A DNA stretch of 64,000 nucleotides from Escherichia coli (GTDB lineage Bacteria > Pseudomonadota > Gammaproteobacteria > Enterobacterales > Enterobacteriaceae): the NCBI RefSeq assembly GCF_024298765.1, contig NZ_CP101210.1; one strand, written 5' to 3'. Shown piece by piece: positions 1-10,072 of the stretch. Position 1 is the stretch's first letter; every line of letters begins with the position of its first letter. Under the pieces are notes generated by a model that worked only from the letters and a program-made list of their open reading frames with translations, was not told the origin of the DNA and searched no databases. The position numbers were made by a program, and so were the translations under genes.

Positions 1-99
1 CCGGGGTGTGTGTCTGACACGATAAAATCCTCACAGAAAATCGGTTAAGAATGCTCCGATGGTGGCGATAATTCGGCTCATCAGAATGCCCTTTCTGAT

Positions 100-321
100 T
101 CAGTTCAGGGTAACGCTCATCAGACGGACATACGGACCAAAACTGTCCTTACGGCGTTCAGCAAACACGGCCAGCACACCGGGAATATCCTGCACTTCAC
201 GGCCGGTATACGTATCCGTGCTACCGTGCCAGCGGTATTTACCGGTACAGAACGGAAAAAGACGGGATGCAGGATGCTGTTGGTGAATACGCATGGCTTC
301 ACCACGGGTGATGATTTTCAT
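100..321 (-). CDS. DUF987 family protein (YeeT/YpjJ-like), CP4-57-type island
   Basis: 73-aa ORF; N-terminal MKII..AM.I.QHP...F..CTGKY.WHGS pattern recalled for DUF987; sits next to the RadC-like gene as in CP4-57-type islands. Confidence 0.55.
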   Translation of the reverse strand: MKIITRGEAMRIHQQHPASRLFPFCTGKYRWHGSTDTYTGREVQDIPGVLAVFAERRKDSFGPYVRLMSVTLN

Positions 322-383
322 AATGGGATACCTCTGAAGACAGAAGATAAAAGTGAAAACAGGTGTGATGTGGTTGTGACGGG

Positions 384-875
384 TTAAAGCAGACCGTGTT
401 CGGCAAAGGAGAATACCTGGTTGCCACCGACTATCAGATGGTCCGGCACCCGGATATCCACCAGGGCCAGCGCCTGTACCAGACGTTCAGTGATAAGCCG
501 GTCTGCCTTACTGGGGGTGACTTCACCGGACGGGTGATTGTGCGCCAGCACCACGGCAGCGGCATTGTGGTACAGGGCACGTTTAATCACCTCCCGGGGA
601 TGGACTTCTGTGCGGTTGATGGTGCCTGTGAAGAGGGTTTCACCCGCAATCAGCTGATTCTGGTTGTTCAGATACAGCACCCGGAACTCTTCCCGCTCCA
701 GTCCTGCCATGTTCAGAATCAGCCATTCCCGTGCCGCATGCGTGGAGGTGAAGGCCACGCCGGGCTCATGAAGATGACGGTCCAGGGTTTTCAGGGCCCG
801 CTGAATGAGGCTGCGCTCGCCGGGCGTCATCTCTCCGGGCAGAAAGGAAAGCTGTTGCATTGTGCTTCTCTCCAT
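384..875 (-). CDS. RadC-like JAB/JAMM domain protein
   Basis: 163 aa; HNHPSG...D JAMM-type motif; abuts the antirestriction gene (stop 876 / start 875). Confidence 0.75.
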   Translation of the reverse strand: MERSTMQQLSFLPGEMTPGERSLIQRALKTLDRHLHEPGVAFTSTHAAREWLILNMAGLEREEFRVLYLNNQNQLIAGETLFTGTINRTEVHPREVIKRALYHNAAAVVLAHNHPSGEVTPSKADRLITERLVQALALVDIRVPDHLIVGGNQVFSFAEHGLL

Positions 876-1361
876 TCAGTCGATGATGCGCATAATGGCG
901 TTGCATTCCGGATGCTGCAGGGCGTAATCCCGCAACCGATAATAATGGACCGTCATGGCATAATTCTCTGTACGACAGGCGTGATGACTGTACGCCATCA
1001 GACAGGCGGCAATGCCGGCGGCTTCCGGGCTCATTTCAGCGCGGTTGCCGTTCATGGCATTGAACAGTACCCATGTTTCGTCATCATCGTCATCCGGTTC
1101 GGGTACCATAAATGCCCCACCGTTGTTCAGGGTGTACAGATTCCAGATACCACCGCAGTAGTCTTCGCAAAGACGGTCCATCCAGCCGAAGACACGGGGC
1201 TCCAGGGTCACCCACTGTGGAATGAGGCCAAAATGTTGCGGCCAGAAACTGATGCGCTGTTCATCAGGGACGGGAGTGGCAACCAGTTGAGACTGGTTAT
1301 TCCCTGGTGCAGTGGTTACGGAAACAGAAGGCGTGGTGGAGCTATGCGAAAAGGTTGTCAT
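876..1361 (-). CDS. antirestriction protein, ArdB/KlcA family (YfjX-like)
   Basis: 161 aa with acidic DDDDDE stretch; conserved island position between DUF932 and RadC-like genes. Confidence 0.6.
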   Translation of the reverse strand: MTTFSHSSTTPSVSVTTAPGNNQSQLVATPVPDEQRISFWPQHFGLIPQWVTLEPRVFGWMDRLCEDYCGGIWNLYTLNNGGAFMVPEPDDDDDETWVLFNAMNGNRAEMSPEAAGIAACLMAYSHHACRTENYAMTVHYYRLRDYALQHPECNAIMRIID

Positions 1362-1452
1362 GAGATGATTCCTTATAAAAAGTAAATGAATGGAAGAATG
1401 CCCGGGGACTGGTACAGACGTGAGTCAGGGTTGCACTTTCAGGGAAACAGCA

Positions 1453-2271
1453 TCAGCGCATGCTCTCCAGCAGCGTTTCTGCCATCACCCACAATGCGCG
1501 ATTGAGCTTAATGTCCGTGTCGATGCTGTGAATGGCACGGGTGTGGATACGTTTTCCTTTAGCGCTGCGACCAGAAATCCCGCCTTTCAGCATATTTTCC
1601 TGGATGGTCTGATAAGCACTCCACAGGTCCTTACCGTAATCCTCCCGGCGTCGTGGCGTCAGAATGTCGGCGGTGGTGACGGGCTGATGTTCGTCACCAT
1701 AACGGTAAGTCAGTGCCGCCTGTGCCAGCGCCTGGCGTGCCGGTGGCGGCAGGACCAGCGACTGCATGGCATCACGCTTTTCCTCAATCCGGTCAAAAAC
1801 GCCCACCACTTCGTAAGCCCCTTCAATGACTCTGTCCACCACATTTCCCCGGTGCGGAACACGCACTTCCCCCAGAGACTGACCACAGACGCAGCCGTTC
1901 TGGCAGACGAACCTGAAGTAACCCGGCAGCATCTGGTAGCTGGAGGTACCGTCATGGGAGTTCAGCAGGATGATTTCAGGGACATGTTGTCCGTTTATCT
2001 CCCCGTCACGGCGCAGACGCAGCATGTGTTTGGTATACCCCCGGCGGCCCGGGTCACGTACGCGGGTCTGGCAGGCAAAGAAGGGCTGAAAGCCTTCCCG
2101 CTGCAGGCTTTCCAGCACGGTGATGGTGGGGATCCAGGTATAGTTCTCGCTTCTGGATGTGTGCTTATCTTCCCCGAATACGCTGGGGACGACCTGCATC
2201 AGTTCTTCGCGAGTTAAGGGGCGGTCACGGCGTATCTGGTTCGCATAACCAAAACGACTTGCTAATCGCAT
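1453..2271 (-). CDS. DUF932 family protein (YfjQ-like)
   Basis: 272-aa ORF; sequence recalled as the DUF932 island family; same strand and order as neighbours. Confidence 0.55.
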   Translation of the reverse strand: MRLASRFGYANQIRRDRPLTREELMQVVPSVFGEDKHTSRSENYTWIPTITVLESLQREGFQPFFACQTRVRDPGRRGYTKHMLRLRRDGEINGQHVPEIILLNSHDGTSSYQMLPGYFRFVCQNGCVCGQSLGEVRVPHRGNVVDRVIEGAYEVVGVFDRIEEKRDAMQSLVLPPPARQALAQAALTYRYGDEHQPVTTADILTPRRREDYGKDLWSAYQTIQENMLKGGISGRSAKGKRIHTRAIHSIDTDIKLNRALWVMAETLLESMR

Positions 2272-2361
2272 GATTTGCTCCTTATGAATGAGTTAGCGAT
2301 ATAAATGAAAAAGCCGCGCCTCCCGGAGAAGACGCGGCCTGATGGATGAAATGAATGACGT

Positions 2362-2571
2362 TTATTGTCTGAGAAGCCCTTCACTGGCGAGCCACACATT
2401 AAGCTGTTTTCCGGCATCGGATTCAAAATTCCAGTACCGCCAGCGCAACTGACCTTCAGCATTACGGATAACCAGCCGGAAATGCGTTCCCTGGTCATCT
2501 TCAATAAGCACATTGCGGTAAGCTGTTGTGACGGCAACCGCCTGTTCGCGTGAGAAAGGGCCTTCGGGCAA
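2362..2571 (-). CDS. DUF905 family small protein (YkfF-like)
   Basis: 69-aa ORF; [19 protein letters not shown] pattern recalled for DUF905. Confidence 0.45.
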   Translation of the reverse strand: MPEGPFSREQAVAVTTAYRNVLIEDDQGTHFRLVIRNAEGQLRWRYWNFESDAGKQLNVWLASEGLLRQ

Positions 2572-2600
2572 TTAAACAGGGTGACAGTCCGACATACCGG

Positions 2601-3278
2601 CTATTTTCCGATAAATTCAACGCTGGCACCGGTGGCATTACCGTCAGCACCAACCGTGACGGTCACTTTGTCGTACGCACGGTCTTCAGGATTGAACACT
2701 TCAAACTCAACCTTATTGCCTTTTACTTCGTAAGAGCCAAAATCAGCGGTTTCTGTTGTTTCCTCGTCATATTCCCGGGCGTATGCCAGCCGGGCAGCCT
2801 GCAGGACGGAATCTTTATTAATGGCGGGTGTCTGTTTCGGGGAAAAACCGGCAAGTGATGTGACAAATTTCGGACAGACCTTCAGCATATCACCGCGGGT
2901 GAATTCCATTCGTACACCAAATGCCTGTAAAACGGACACATCACGCTCTGCTATGGAGTGAACGGCTTTTTTGACCATTTCCGGCGCCTGTCCGATTTCC
3001 ACCTCAACAGCCCTGAATCCCGTCTGCTGATTACACATTTGTGATGTGGGGATCAGGTTACCGTTAATACTGATACGGCTGCCCAGGAGCGTCTGTACAC
3101 CATTCGGGCATCCCTGCATCAGGCCGGTAATACCAATCGTGCCATTTTTCAGCATTACCAGCGCCTGACCATCTTCCGTCATGGTCTGACACCAGCCGTT
3201 TTTGACAGCCCAGTTGCCGGCGGAGGCGGAGAATGATGCCACAGTGAACAGCAGGGGAAAAAGAGCTCTGGTATTCAT
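2601..3278 (-). CDS. secreted or lipoprotein-like island protein (YfjS-like)
   Basis: Start placed at internal ATG (3278) with GAGG RBS and signal-peptide-like MNTRALFPLLFTVASFSASA; ORF is open up to 3383. Confidence 0.45.
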   Translation of the reverse strand: MNTRALFPLLFTVASFSASAGNWAVKNGWCQTMTEDGQALVMLKNGTIGITGLMQGCPNGVQTLLGSRISINGNLIPTSQMCNQQTGFRAVEVEIGQAPEMVKKAVHSIAERDVSVLQAFGVRMEFTRGDMLKVCPKFVTSLAGFSPKQTPAINKDSVLQAARLAYAREYDEETTETADFGSYEVKGNKVEFEVFNPEDRAYDKVTVTVGADGNATGASVEFIGK

Positions 3279-3425
3279 GACTGACCTCTGAAATGAACGT
3301 ACGGTGTTATTGATAATGATGGAAGGTATGCAGTGACTGTTCAGGGAATGACGTAGCCGTATATTTAGTTTTCTGTTCAACATATTGTCTCCATACCTGT
3401 CGGGACGGCTTTGGCAGGCCGGCGA

Positions 3426-4106
3426 TCACAGGTTAAAGGTGTTGATAAGTTTATGGATGAAAGAGAAATGTGGCAGGGCGGAGATAAAACGCTCTTCAGC
3501 GACCAGACTGTGGATGTGGCCTCTCCGTTCAAACCGTTCTGATGTCAGGCTGACTGATTTGATATCTGCCAGAGGAAAGACCTGCAGTTTTCCCTTCTGT
3601 AACGCGATCAGATACCAGCTACCGCTGTAATAAATGAGCCGGCAGGGCTCCAGTGACGGATACCATCGCTCAGTCATCAGAGAGATGTGGATACACTGTC
3701 TTATTGCCAGGATGAGTTGCGAGAAACACTCGGGGAACGTTGCAGTGATATCCGGCGCCGGTAGCCAGATAAGGCAGGGAGAGGGCTCCTGGTTGTCGGT
3801 AAGACAGGTTATCAGTCGTCCGTTCCGGAGCGGAAGTATCCGTGCGATCCCGGTATTCTGTATAAAAGAAAGCATTTCAGGGATCGCACCTGGGCTGCTC
3901 TGTCGTCTGAGGCTGTACCTGCCATTTCTGTACTCTAAATCCAGGTGAACCAGACGCTGATGAAAATCGCGCTGTAAAGTACGTTCTGTAACGCCAAATT
4001 CATCTGACAGTGTTTTTAGTGACAGAGATTCTCCGGCCATCAGTCGGCTGATAATGAGTGATAAGCGAACCGCCAGGCGATCATGCCGGGAACGATTATC
4101 AGACAT
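3426..4106 (-). CDS. WYL-domain transcriptional regulator (YfjR-like)
   Basis: 226 aa; N-terminal HTH (LSLKTLSDEFGVTERTLQRDF) and WYL motif (SGSWYLIAL). Confidence 0.6.
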   Translation of the reverse strand: MSDNRSRHDRLAVRLSLIISRLMAGESLSLKTLSDEFGVTERTLQRDFHQRLVHLDLEYRNGRYSLRRQSSPGAIPEMLSFIQNTGIARILPLRNGRLITCLTDNQEPSPCLIWLPAPDITATFPECFSQLILAIRQCIHISLMTERWYPSLEPCRLIYYSGSWYLIALQKGKLQVFPLADIKSVSLTSERFERRGHIHSLVAEERFISALPHFSFIHKLINTFNL

Positions 4107-4308
4107 AGATGTGCACTCCGTAAGAAAACATCTTTTATTTCATGATGTTATTATGCATCATGATGTTGAAAGGATGTGTCGCATCCGAATAATCAGAAAT
4201 AAAATGCAGCAGAAAAAATATTCCTTTAATTATCTGATTTTTAAGCAGGGTTTCATAAAAAGAAGAATGCTTGTTAATCCAGCGACACATCCTGTCGGCG
4301 TGAGTGTG

Positions 4309-5193
4309 TCAGAACAGACGATCCCACAGTGTGACCAGCAAGTGGATAATGCGGTCCCGGGCCTTACGCAGAAGCTGTAACATCCAGGCCGGAAAGCTGA
4401 ATTGGGCAACGGCAGCGTCAAAGCTTTTCCCGATGGCGTCACCAAAAGTTTGTTGTGCGTGTTTCCGGGCCTGTTCAGAGCGGTTTTCCCCCCGGATATG
4501 TGAATAAACTGCGCTGGTTGCCTGTGGTGGCAGTGCGTGGATCATCAGCGACACCAGTGCCGGAAGATTCCAGCCGACAGGTGCGGCAACGGAGAGTACC
4601 GGAAATGATGACGGGAACAGGGGTGCCACCCGGGCTGTTACTGTCGCCAGTGAGAGTTCCTGCTGACGGGACGGGCATTTTTCTGTGTCGTTCCATTCTT
4701 CAGCAGGAAACACGCGATCGGCATGGCTGAGAACAAACAGAAAACGCGAGGGATCTGCACCTTCATTCAGTAAAAACTGATGCATGGCAATATCAGCAGC
4801 ATACGCACGTTCATCAGCCCGCAGGATCCAGATAATCAGATCCAGTTCCGGCAGTAACTGACGGTAAAGCTCCCGGTATTCCTGATCATGCTGCGGTGTC
4901 TCACCAATGCCGGGCATATCGACCAGCGTCATTCTGCGTTCACCGAGCTGCAGGGTAAGACGATGAGCCTGGCGGGTGCAGCCGTTCAGGGGATGCGTGG
5001 CGCAGATACGGGACTGAAAAATGGCATTACACAGACTGCTTTTGCCGGTGCCGGATTTACCCATAATGCCAATTACGGGCTCGTAATGAATAACACCGTG
5101 GAGATGTTCAAGGATTTTCTGGCGAATTTCTTCAGGAAGAAACGTCAGATATGATTTTACTTGTGCAGAGAGGGAAGAATGGCTGAATGACAT
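4309..5193 (-). CDS. GTP-binding protein, YfjP/YeeP/YkfA family
   Basis: 294 aa; P-loop GKSGTGKSSLCN; DxxG-like MPGIGE. Confidence 0.65.
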   Translation of the reverse strand: MSFSHSSLSAQVKSYLTFLPEEIRQKILEHLHGVIHYEPVIGIMGKSGTGKSSLCNAIFQSRICATHPLNGCTRQAHRLTLQLGERRMTLVDMPGIGETPQHDQEYRELYRQLLPELDLIIWILRADERAYAADIAMHQFLLNEGADPSRFLFVLSHADRVFPAEEWNDTEKCPSRQQELSLATVTARVAPLFPSSFPVLSVAAPVGWNLPALVSLMIHALPPQATSAVYSHIRGENRSEQARKHAQQTFGDAIGKSFDAAVAQFSFPAWMLQLLRKARDRIIHLLVTLWDRLF

Positions 5194-5377
5194 ACCGGTA
5201 TCCTGTTGATTTCGCTGAACCGGATCACACTAATCCGGTTTATCATTCAGGTAATATGGACGTGAAAAATGATGGAATGTCTGAATTACGGACATGATTG
5301 TTAAAGTGTAATGGAGTATGAAGTGAGTTTTTCCGAACGGGAACTAATGACATACTGCGGTTTCAGGAGATGAGAGG

Positions 5378-6508
5378 ATGACCGGACGTAAAAACAAATG
5401 TGTCAGAAAAAATTGTAACAATCAGGTTTTCTCAGTAAAAATGGCAGTGGAGAAAAGACTGTGCAGAAAACATTATGAGAGGTTTTGTGAGCTCAAAAAA
5501 AGAAGAGAGCAAAATCCTGTTCACAGATTAAATGAAGCATTGCCAAGAAAGATAAAAGGACCAAAAAGTAAGAAAAAATTAGTAAAAGAAAGAGAAATCA
5601 TTAACAGCAGAAAAAAACATAAACAGGAGCAGGGACCATCGCTGACTGAACTTAATAAAAAAGTTCGTGAGATACTGAAAACTCCTGCATGGAGAACGCT
5701 GGAAACGAGAATTCGAAGAAACGGAATCACATTTAACTCAAAAGCAGAGTTAGATGCGCTTTCTGAACTTTATGCAATTTATTCATGGGTTTCATATTGC
5801 AAACGGGGCGATAATTATTCTGTGTGGTTTTTGAATTGTCCGGATGTAAATATAAACCTTCATGTGTGCGAATGCCGGTCTTCTGAAAGCGATTGTTATC
5901 TGCCATCTCGTTTTATTATTCTTCCAGCTCCATTAAGGCAAAAAGTAAAAAGAAAATACTCGGCTAATTCGTCTGGGGTACCAGGACATAATGATTCAAA
6001 AAGTCTTTATAAGACAGTTTTGTCTGTTTGTGGTGGGAAAAGAGAAACCGAAATGTTCTTTTATTCATTGCCAGTAAAGACTAATCATCATCCTTACTGG
6101 ATTAAAAGTGGTGTGGTTAAAAGATTCCCTCCTGTTTTTGGTTTGTTGTTTTATGAACAGGAAAGATTAACAGGAGGTGTTTTTCGTTATGTGTTGATAA
6201 GATTTTATAATACTTTTAAAGAGAATTTGTTTTTTGTTGAGATTGTATCGTGCTGTTTTCTTGTTGAGCTTTTTCATGATATTGATTCATTTTTTATAAA
6301 TCAACGATTAAGTAAGCTGGAAAGTTTTATAGATAAGTGGAGGGAGGGTAAAGAAATCTGGATAAAAGTATATTTACAACTGATACATACTATATTGGGA
6401 ATAACTGAAACAGAAAAACTCGTCAATCTATATAATTCATTTTTTACTGATAAAGTGGTTCTCTGGGATGAATCAGTAAAAAAAGTTAAGTGGATTTATG
6501 AGAAATAG
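5378..6508 (+). CDS. hypothetical protein, AT-rich, Cys/His-rich N-terminus
   Basis: 376-aa ORF with GAGAGG RBS; N-terminal C-x5-C...C-x3-H-x4-C then lysine-rich stretch; no family recognised. Confidence 0.4.
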   Translation: MTGRKNKCVRKNCNNQVFSVKMAVEKRLCRKHYERFCELKKRREQNPVHRLNEALPRKIKGPKSKKKLVKEREIINSRKKHKQEQGPSLTELNKKVREILKTPAWRTLETRIRRNGITFNSKAELDALSELYAIYSWVSYCKRGDNYSVWFLNCPDVNINLHVCECRSSESDCYLPSRFIILPAPLRQKVKRKYSANSSGVPGHNDSKSLYKTVLSVCGGKRETEMFFYSLPVKTNHHPYWIKSGVVKRFPPVFGLLFYEQERLTGGVFRYVLIRFYNTFKENLFFVEIVSCCFLVELFHDIDSFFINQRLSKLESFIDKWREGKEIWIKVYLQLIHTILGITETEKLVNLYNSFFTDKVVLWDESVKKVKWIYEK

Positions 6509-8013
6509 TACCATTTAACTGAAAGCCACCATAACGTCTTTTTGACTACATTTATGATAATGCGTCTCATTTTGTTTTCGTTTTTTTGTTCAGGGAAATT
6601 TTCCGAACATCAGTGATAATGAGGGTTTTGTTGTTTTTGTTTCTGCAATGTTTGAGGACTGTTCCTGGAGACGATTCGTTGCTTGTGAGCAAGAGGTGGT
6701 CCGCTTTACTGGACAAGTTTTGCATTTGTTGAGTGGTGAAATGGAAGTAAAAAGAGCCCCTTTCTGGCAATGGTTGAAAAAGTCAGTAGCGTGTGACAGT
6801 AAAAGCTAACATAAAGTGATTATCGTATGATTATGACAATGACTTATAACTTTTATGAAAAGAACAACAGAAACTACGAAGCCATAGCAGATTCCTGAGA
6901 CCATGTTTTCTGAGGTAGAGAAAATAATTCCAGAGTAAATCTGTTCTGTTTTTAGGACAGAAAACTCCATGCTGGCTGTAAAAGTGAAAAATTAACACCC
7001 AGTATGTATGGAAGTCTGAAGATGTTGAGAATGTCGGTATGATACTATATACACATATTTTACTAAGTATTTTTACTAAGCATTTCAGTAAGTGTTATAC
7101 ACGTATTTTCATAAACACTTCTACAATTGTTTTCGTTAAGCATTGCTATACACATCCAGTTTAGTAAATCTTTACGTTAACTAAATCAGTTTAATGCTGC
7201 TGTAAAACCTTTCTGCTTCAGCAATCAATCTGCTATTCGATTTTACTGATGTTACGTTTAACCTTTCCTGAGATTTCGAGTTTCGACGTTAGCATGAGAA
7301 AAGTATCTTTACGCTAAATCAACCCGAACTTTCCTGAAGTAATCTGACGTTCTTTTCGATGTGCTTACAACGATTCTGTTAAATGACTTTCTGGATGTTT
7401 TGATAACAATCAGATTTAGGCATTAACGATTCCTGACGTTTTTCTTTTCCGTGTAAGGTCATTGTTTTCGTCATGAGGTTTCTTCTTGCATTGCGAAAGT
7501 GTGATGAACGGTTTTGGTGTTTTGATTCAGATGAAGTTTACGTTATCGATGGTTAATCGTTTTTATGGTGCGTAGTGAAACGTAACGCTTTCAGGAAGGG
7601 AAAATCGATTCTGATGGGGATGATCGTGTAACGGCGTTATCTGTAAACAGGTTTTAAACATGTCATTCGCATCCGTGATTGAGTTGTGTGATTAAGCTGT
7701 AGGTTTTGGGGTTGTTGTTGATTTGCATTACCAGGAAGCGTTCTGGTTGCGTTTCTGGTGTTTTGTTTGAATGTTCTGTGGATCCTTTTCCCTTCTGACT
7801 TTTCTCGTTGTCTATGTCGTTTTTAAATCCATTCGCTGTTCTTGAGTGTTTTTACCCTGTGTGTAGAATTATCTTTTCGTTCCGGGATGGTTTGTTCCGT
7901 TTCAATCACTCTTAATCAGAAAGTTGTAGCATTGCTCAATGCCGGATGCCGTAAAGTTTTACCGCGGTGATTAATGATGTGAAGTCAATCCAAATCAACG
8001 GAGATCTCTCATC

Positions 8014-8745
8014 ATGAATCAACCAATACACAATGCTTACTGGTTATCCCGTTTTGACAGCCTTCTCGACAGTGCCCTGGCGCAGCACCGTGCCGTCTCG
8101 TTAATCCGGGTGGATTTACGTTTCCCTGAGTATATGCCTGTCACCATCATGGATCCCGATCCGGATTCAGCGGTGATTTCTCGTTTTTTTGCATCCCTGA
8201 AAGCCAAAATTCAGGCTTACCAGCGGAAAAAAAGATGTGCCAATCAGCGTGTGCATGCAACCAGCCTGGGTTATTTCTGGTGCCGGGAGTTCGGCAAGAT
8301 GTATGGCAGGAAACATTATCACGTGATATTACTGCTCAACAAAGATACCTGGTGCTCGCTCGGGGATTTCAGCGAACCGTCTTCGCTGGCGACGATGATC
8401 CAGGAGGCATGGTGCAGCGCCCTGCATCTTGAGCCCTGGCAGGGTAATGGACTGGTTCATTTTTCCAGGCGGACGCCTTTCCGTAAACCGACATCATCTG
8501 ATGCTCGCCCTTCTTCCGATGATACGCCTTTGTCGGGTGGATGTTCTGAAACCAGGAAGGTTTCAGACAAAAAGTCTGGTGAAGCCGCTGTTCTCTGGAT
8601 CAAGCGTGGTGATGTGGAAGCGATGCAGAAAGCCCGGAACAGAGCCAGTTATCTCGTGAAAAATGAAACGAAGTTGCATGATGGTTCAGGTCAACGTAAT
8701 TATGGTTGCAGTCGTGGGCCGGGGCGTCTACTGGATGGCAGGTGA
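8014..8745 (+). CDS. YagK/YfjJ family protein (inovirus Gp2-like)
   Basis: 243 aa; YHVILLLNKD core; preceded by ~1.5 kb AT-rich leader; IS1 lies about 350 bp downstream. Confidence 0.55.
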   Translation: MNQPIHNAYWLSRFDSLLDSALAQHRAVSLIRVDLRFPEYMPVTIMDPDPDSAVISRFFASLKAKIQAYQRKKRCANQRVHATSLGYFWCREFGKMYGRKHYHVILLLNKDTWCSLGDFSEPSSLATMIQEAWCSALHLEPWQGNGLVHFSRRTPFRKPTSSDARPSSDDTPLSGGCSETRKVSDKKSGEAAVLWIKRGDVEAMQKARNRASYLVKNETKLHDGSGQRNYGCSRGPGRLLDGR

Positions 8746-9111
8746 ACCCTGTAAAACAGCATCTGGTGCCTGAGTGTATACCACGGTAAGGGCGTTGGAT
8801 GATGTCTTTAAATAATACAGTGCATTTTCATTCGTTTCCGCACTTTATGTTTTCACTAATCATAATAGGAAAAGTGACCACTAGCCTTGATAAATTGTAT
8901 TCACGGCCATTTCAGGAGTGGATTGTTGTGAATAACACGATGAGATCAGGGGGCTGAAGATTTTTTCTTTATCCGTTCAGACTTCAGTAACTGGAAAAAG
9001 CTTTCTGTAACCGCATTATAGTGGCAGTTACCGCGATGGTCGTGTTATTTCAGGAACGACTGACGCTCATGGCTTGTACACTAAAGAGTGAACTTAGGTA
9101 ATGACTCCAAC

Positions 9112-9615
9112 TTATTGATAGTGTTTTATGTTCAGATAATGCCCGATGACTTTGTCATGCAGCTCCACCGATTTTGAGAACGACAGCGACTTCCGTCCCA
9201 GCCGTGCCAGGTGCTGCCTCAGATTCAGGTTATGCCGCTCAATTCGCTGCGTATATCGCTTGCTGATTACGTGCAGCTTTCCCTTCAGGCGGGATTCATA
9301 CAGCGGCCAGCCATCCGTCATCCATATCACCACGTCAAAGGGTGACAGCAGGCTCATAAGACGCCCCAGCGTCGCCATAGTGCGTTCACCGAATACGTGC
9401 GCAACAACCGTCTTCCGGAGACTGTCATACGCGTAAAACAGCCAGCGCTGGCGCGATTTAGCCCCGACATAGCCCCACTGTTCGTCCATTTCCTCGCAGA
9501 CGATGACGTCACTGCCCGGCTGTATGCGCGAGGTTACCGACTGCGGCCTGAGTTTTTTAAGTGACGTAAAATCGTGTTGAGGCCAACGCCCATAATGCGG
9601 GCAGTTGCCCGGCAT
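9112..9615 (-). CDS. insB: IS1 transposase InsB
   Basis: 167-aa ORF matching IS1 InsB as recalled. Confidence 0.9.
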   Translation of the reverse strand: MPGNCPHYGRWPQHDFTSLKKLRPQSVTSRIQPGSDVIVCEEMDEQWGYVGAKSRQRWLFYAYDSLRKTVVAHVFGERTMATLGRLMSLLSPFDVVIWMTDGWPLYESRLKGKLHVISKRYTQRIERHNLNLRQHLARLGRKSLSFSKSVELHDKVIGHYLNIKHYQ

Positions 9616-9809
9616 CCGACGCCATTCATGGCCATATCAATGATTTTCTGGTGCGTACCGGGTTGAGAGGCGGTGTAAGTGAACTGTAGTTGCCATGTTT
9701 TACGGCAATGAGAGCAGAGATAGCGCTGATGTCCGGCAGTGCTTTTGCCGTTACGCACCACGCCTTCAGGAGCGGAGCAGGAAGGACATCTGATGGAAAT
9801 GGAAGCCAC
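9534..9809 (-). CDS. insA: IS1 protein InsA
   Basis: 91-aa ORF; Zn-finger CPSC...CSHC and HTH of InsA. Confidence 0.9.
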   Translation of the reverse strand: MASISIRCPSCSAPEGVVRNGKSTAGHQRYLCSHCRKTWQLQFTYTASQPGTHQKIIDMAMNGVGCRATARIMGVGLNTILRHLKNSGRSR

Positions 9810-10072
9810 GCAAGCACCTTAAAATCACCATCATACACTAAATCAGTAAGTTGGCACCATTACCTGACCAAGCTTCCTCTATTGCGGCACCTGATTGCAT
9901 CAATATCGAAAGTGATAAGATCCTCTCACTAGCAGGGCATGACAAGTGTAACTGCTGATTTGTTAGCCTGTTTTAAGTTTTTTAAGATCAATTATTTCTC
10001 ATTTTTTGACTTTATTGCTAGCCGTGAAAATGCAAAGCCTATAGGATACAAAAATTACAATTTGTAGGTTTT

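Larger units (their letters stand above)
9097..9864 (-). mobile_element. IS1: IS1 insertion sequence, 768 bp
   Basis: Terminal inverted repeats GGTAATGACTCCAACTTATTGATAGTG (9097-) and ...ATCAGTAAGTTGGCACCATTACC (-9864); insA and insB inside; 9-bp flanks differ (GTGAACTTA vs TGACCAAGC). Confidence 0.9.

Noticed and set aside
396-1385. 329-aa plus-strand ORF
   Set aside because: Lies antisense across the RadC-like and antirestriction genes, which have recognisable motifs; treated as a shadow ORF.
1390-2217. 275-aa plus-strand ORF
   Set aside because: Antisense to the DUF932 gene; no recognisable motifs; shadow ORF.
6567-6770. 67-aa ORF in the AT-rich leader
   Set aside because: Lysine/asparagine-rich translation expected from AT-rich DNA; no RBS; not supported as a gene.
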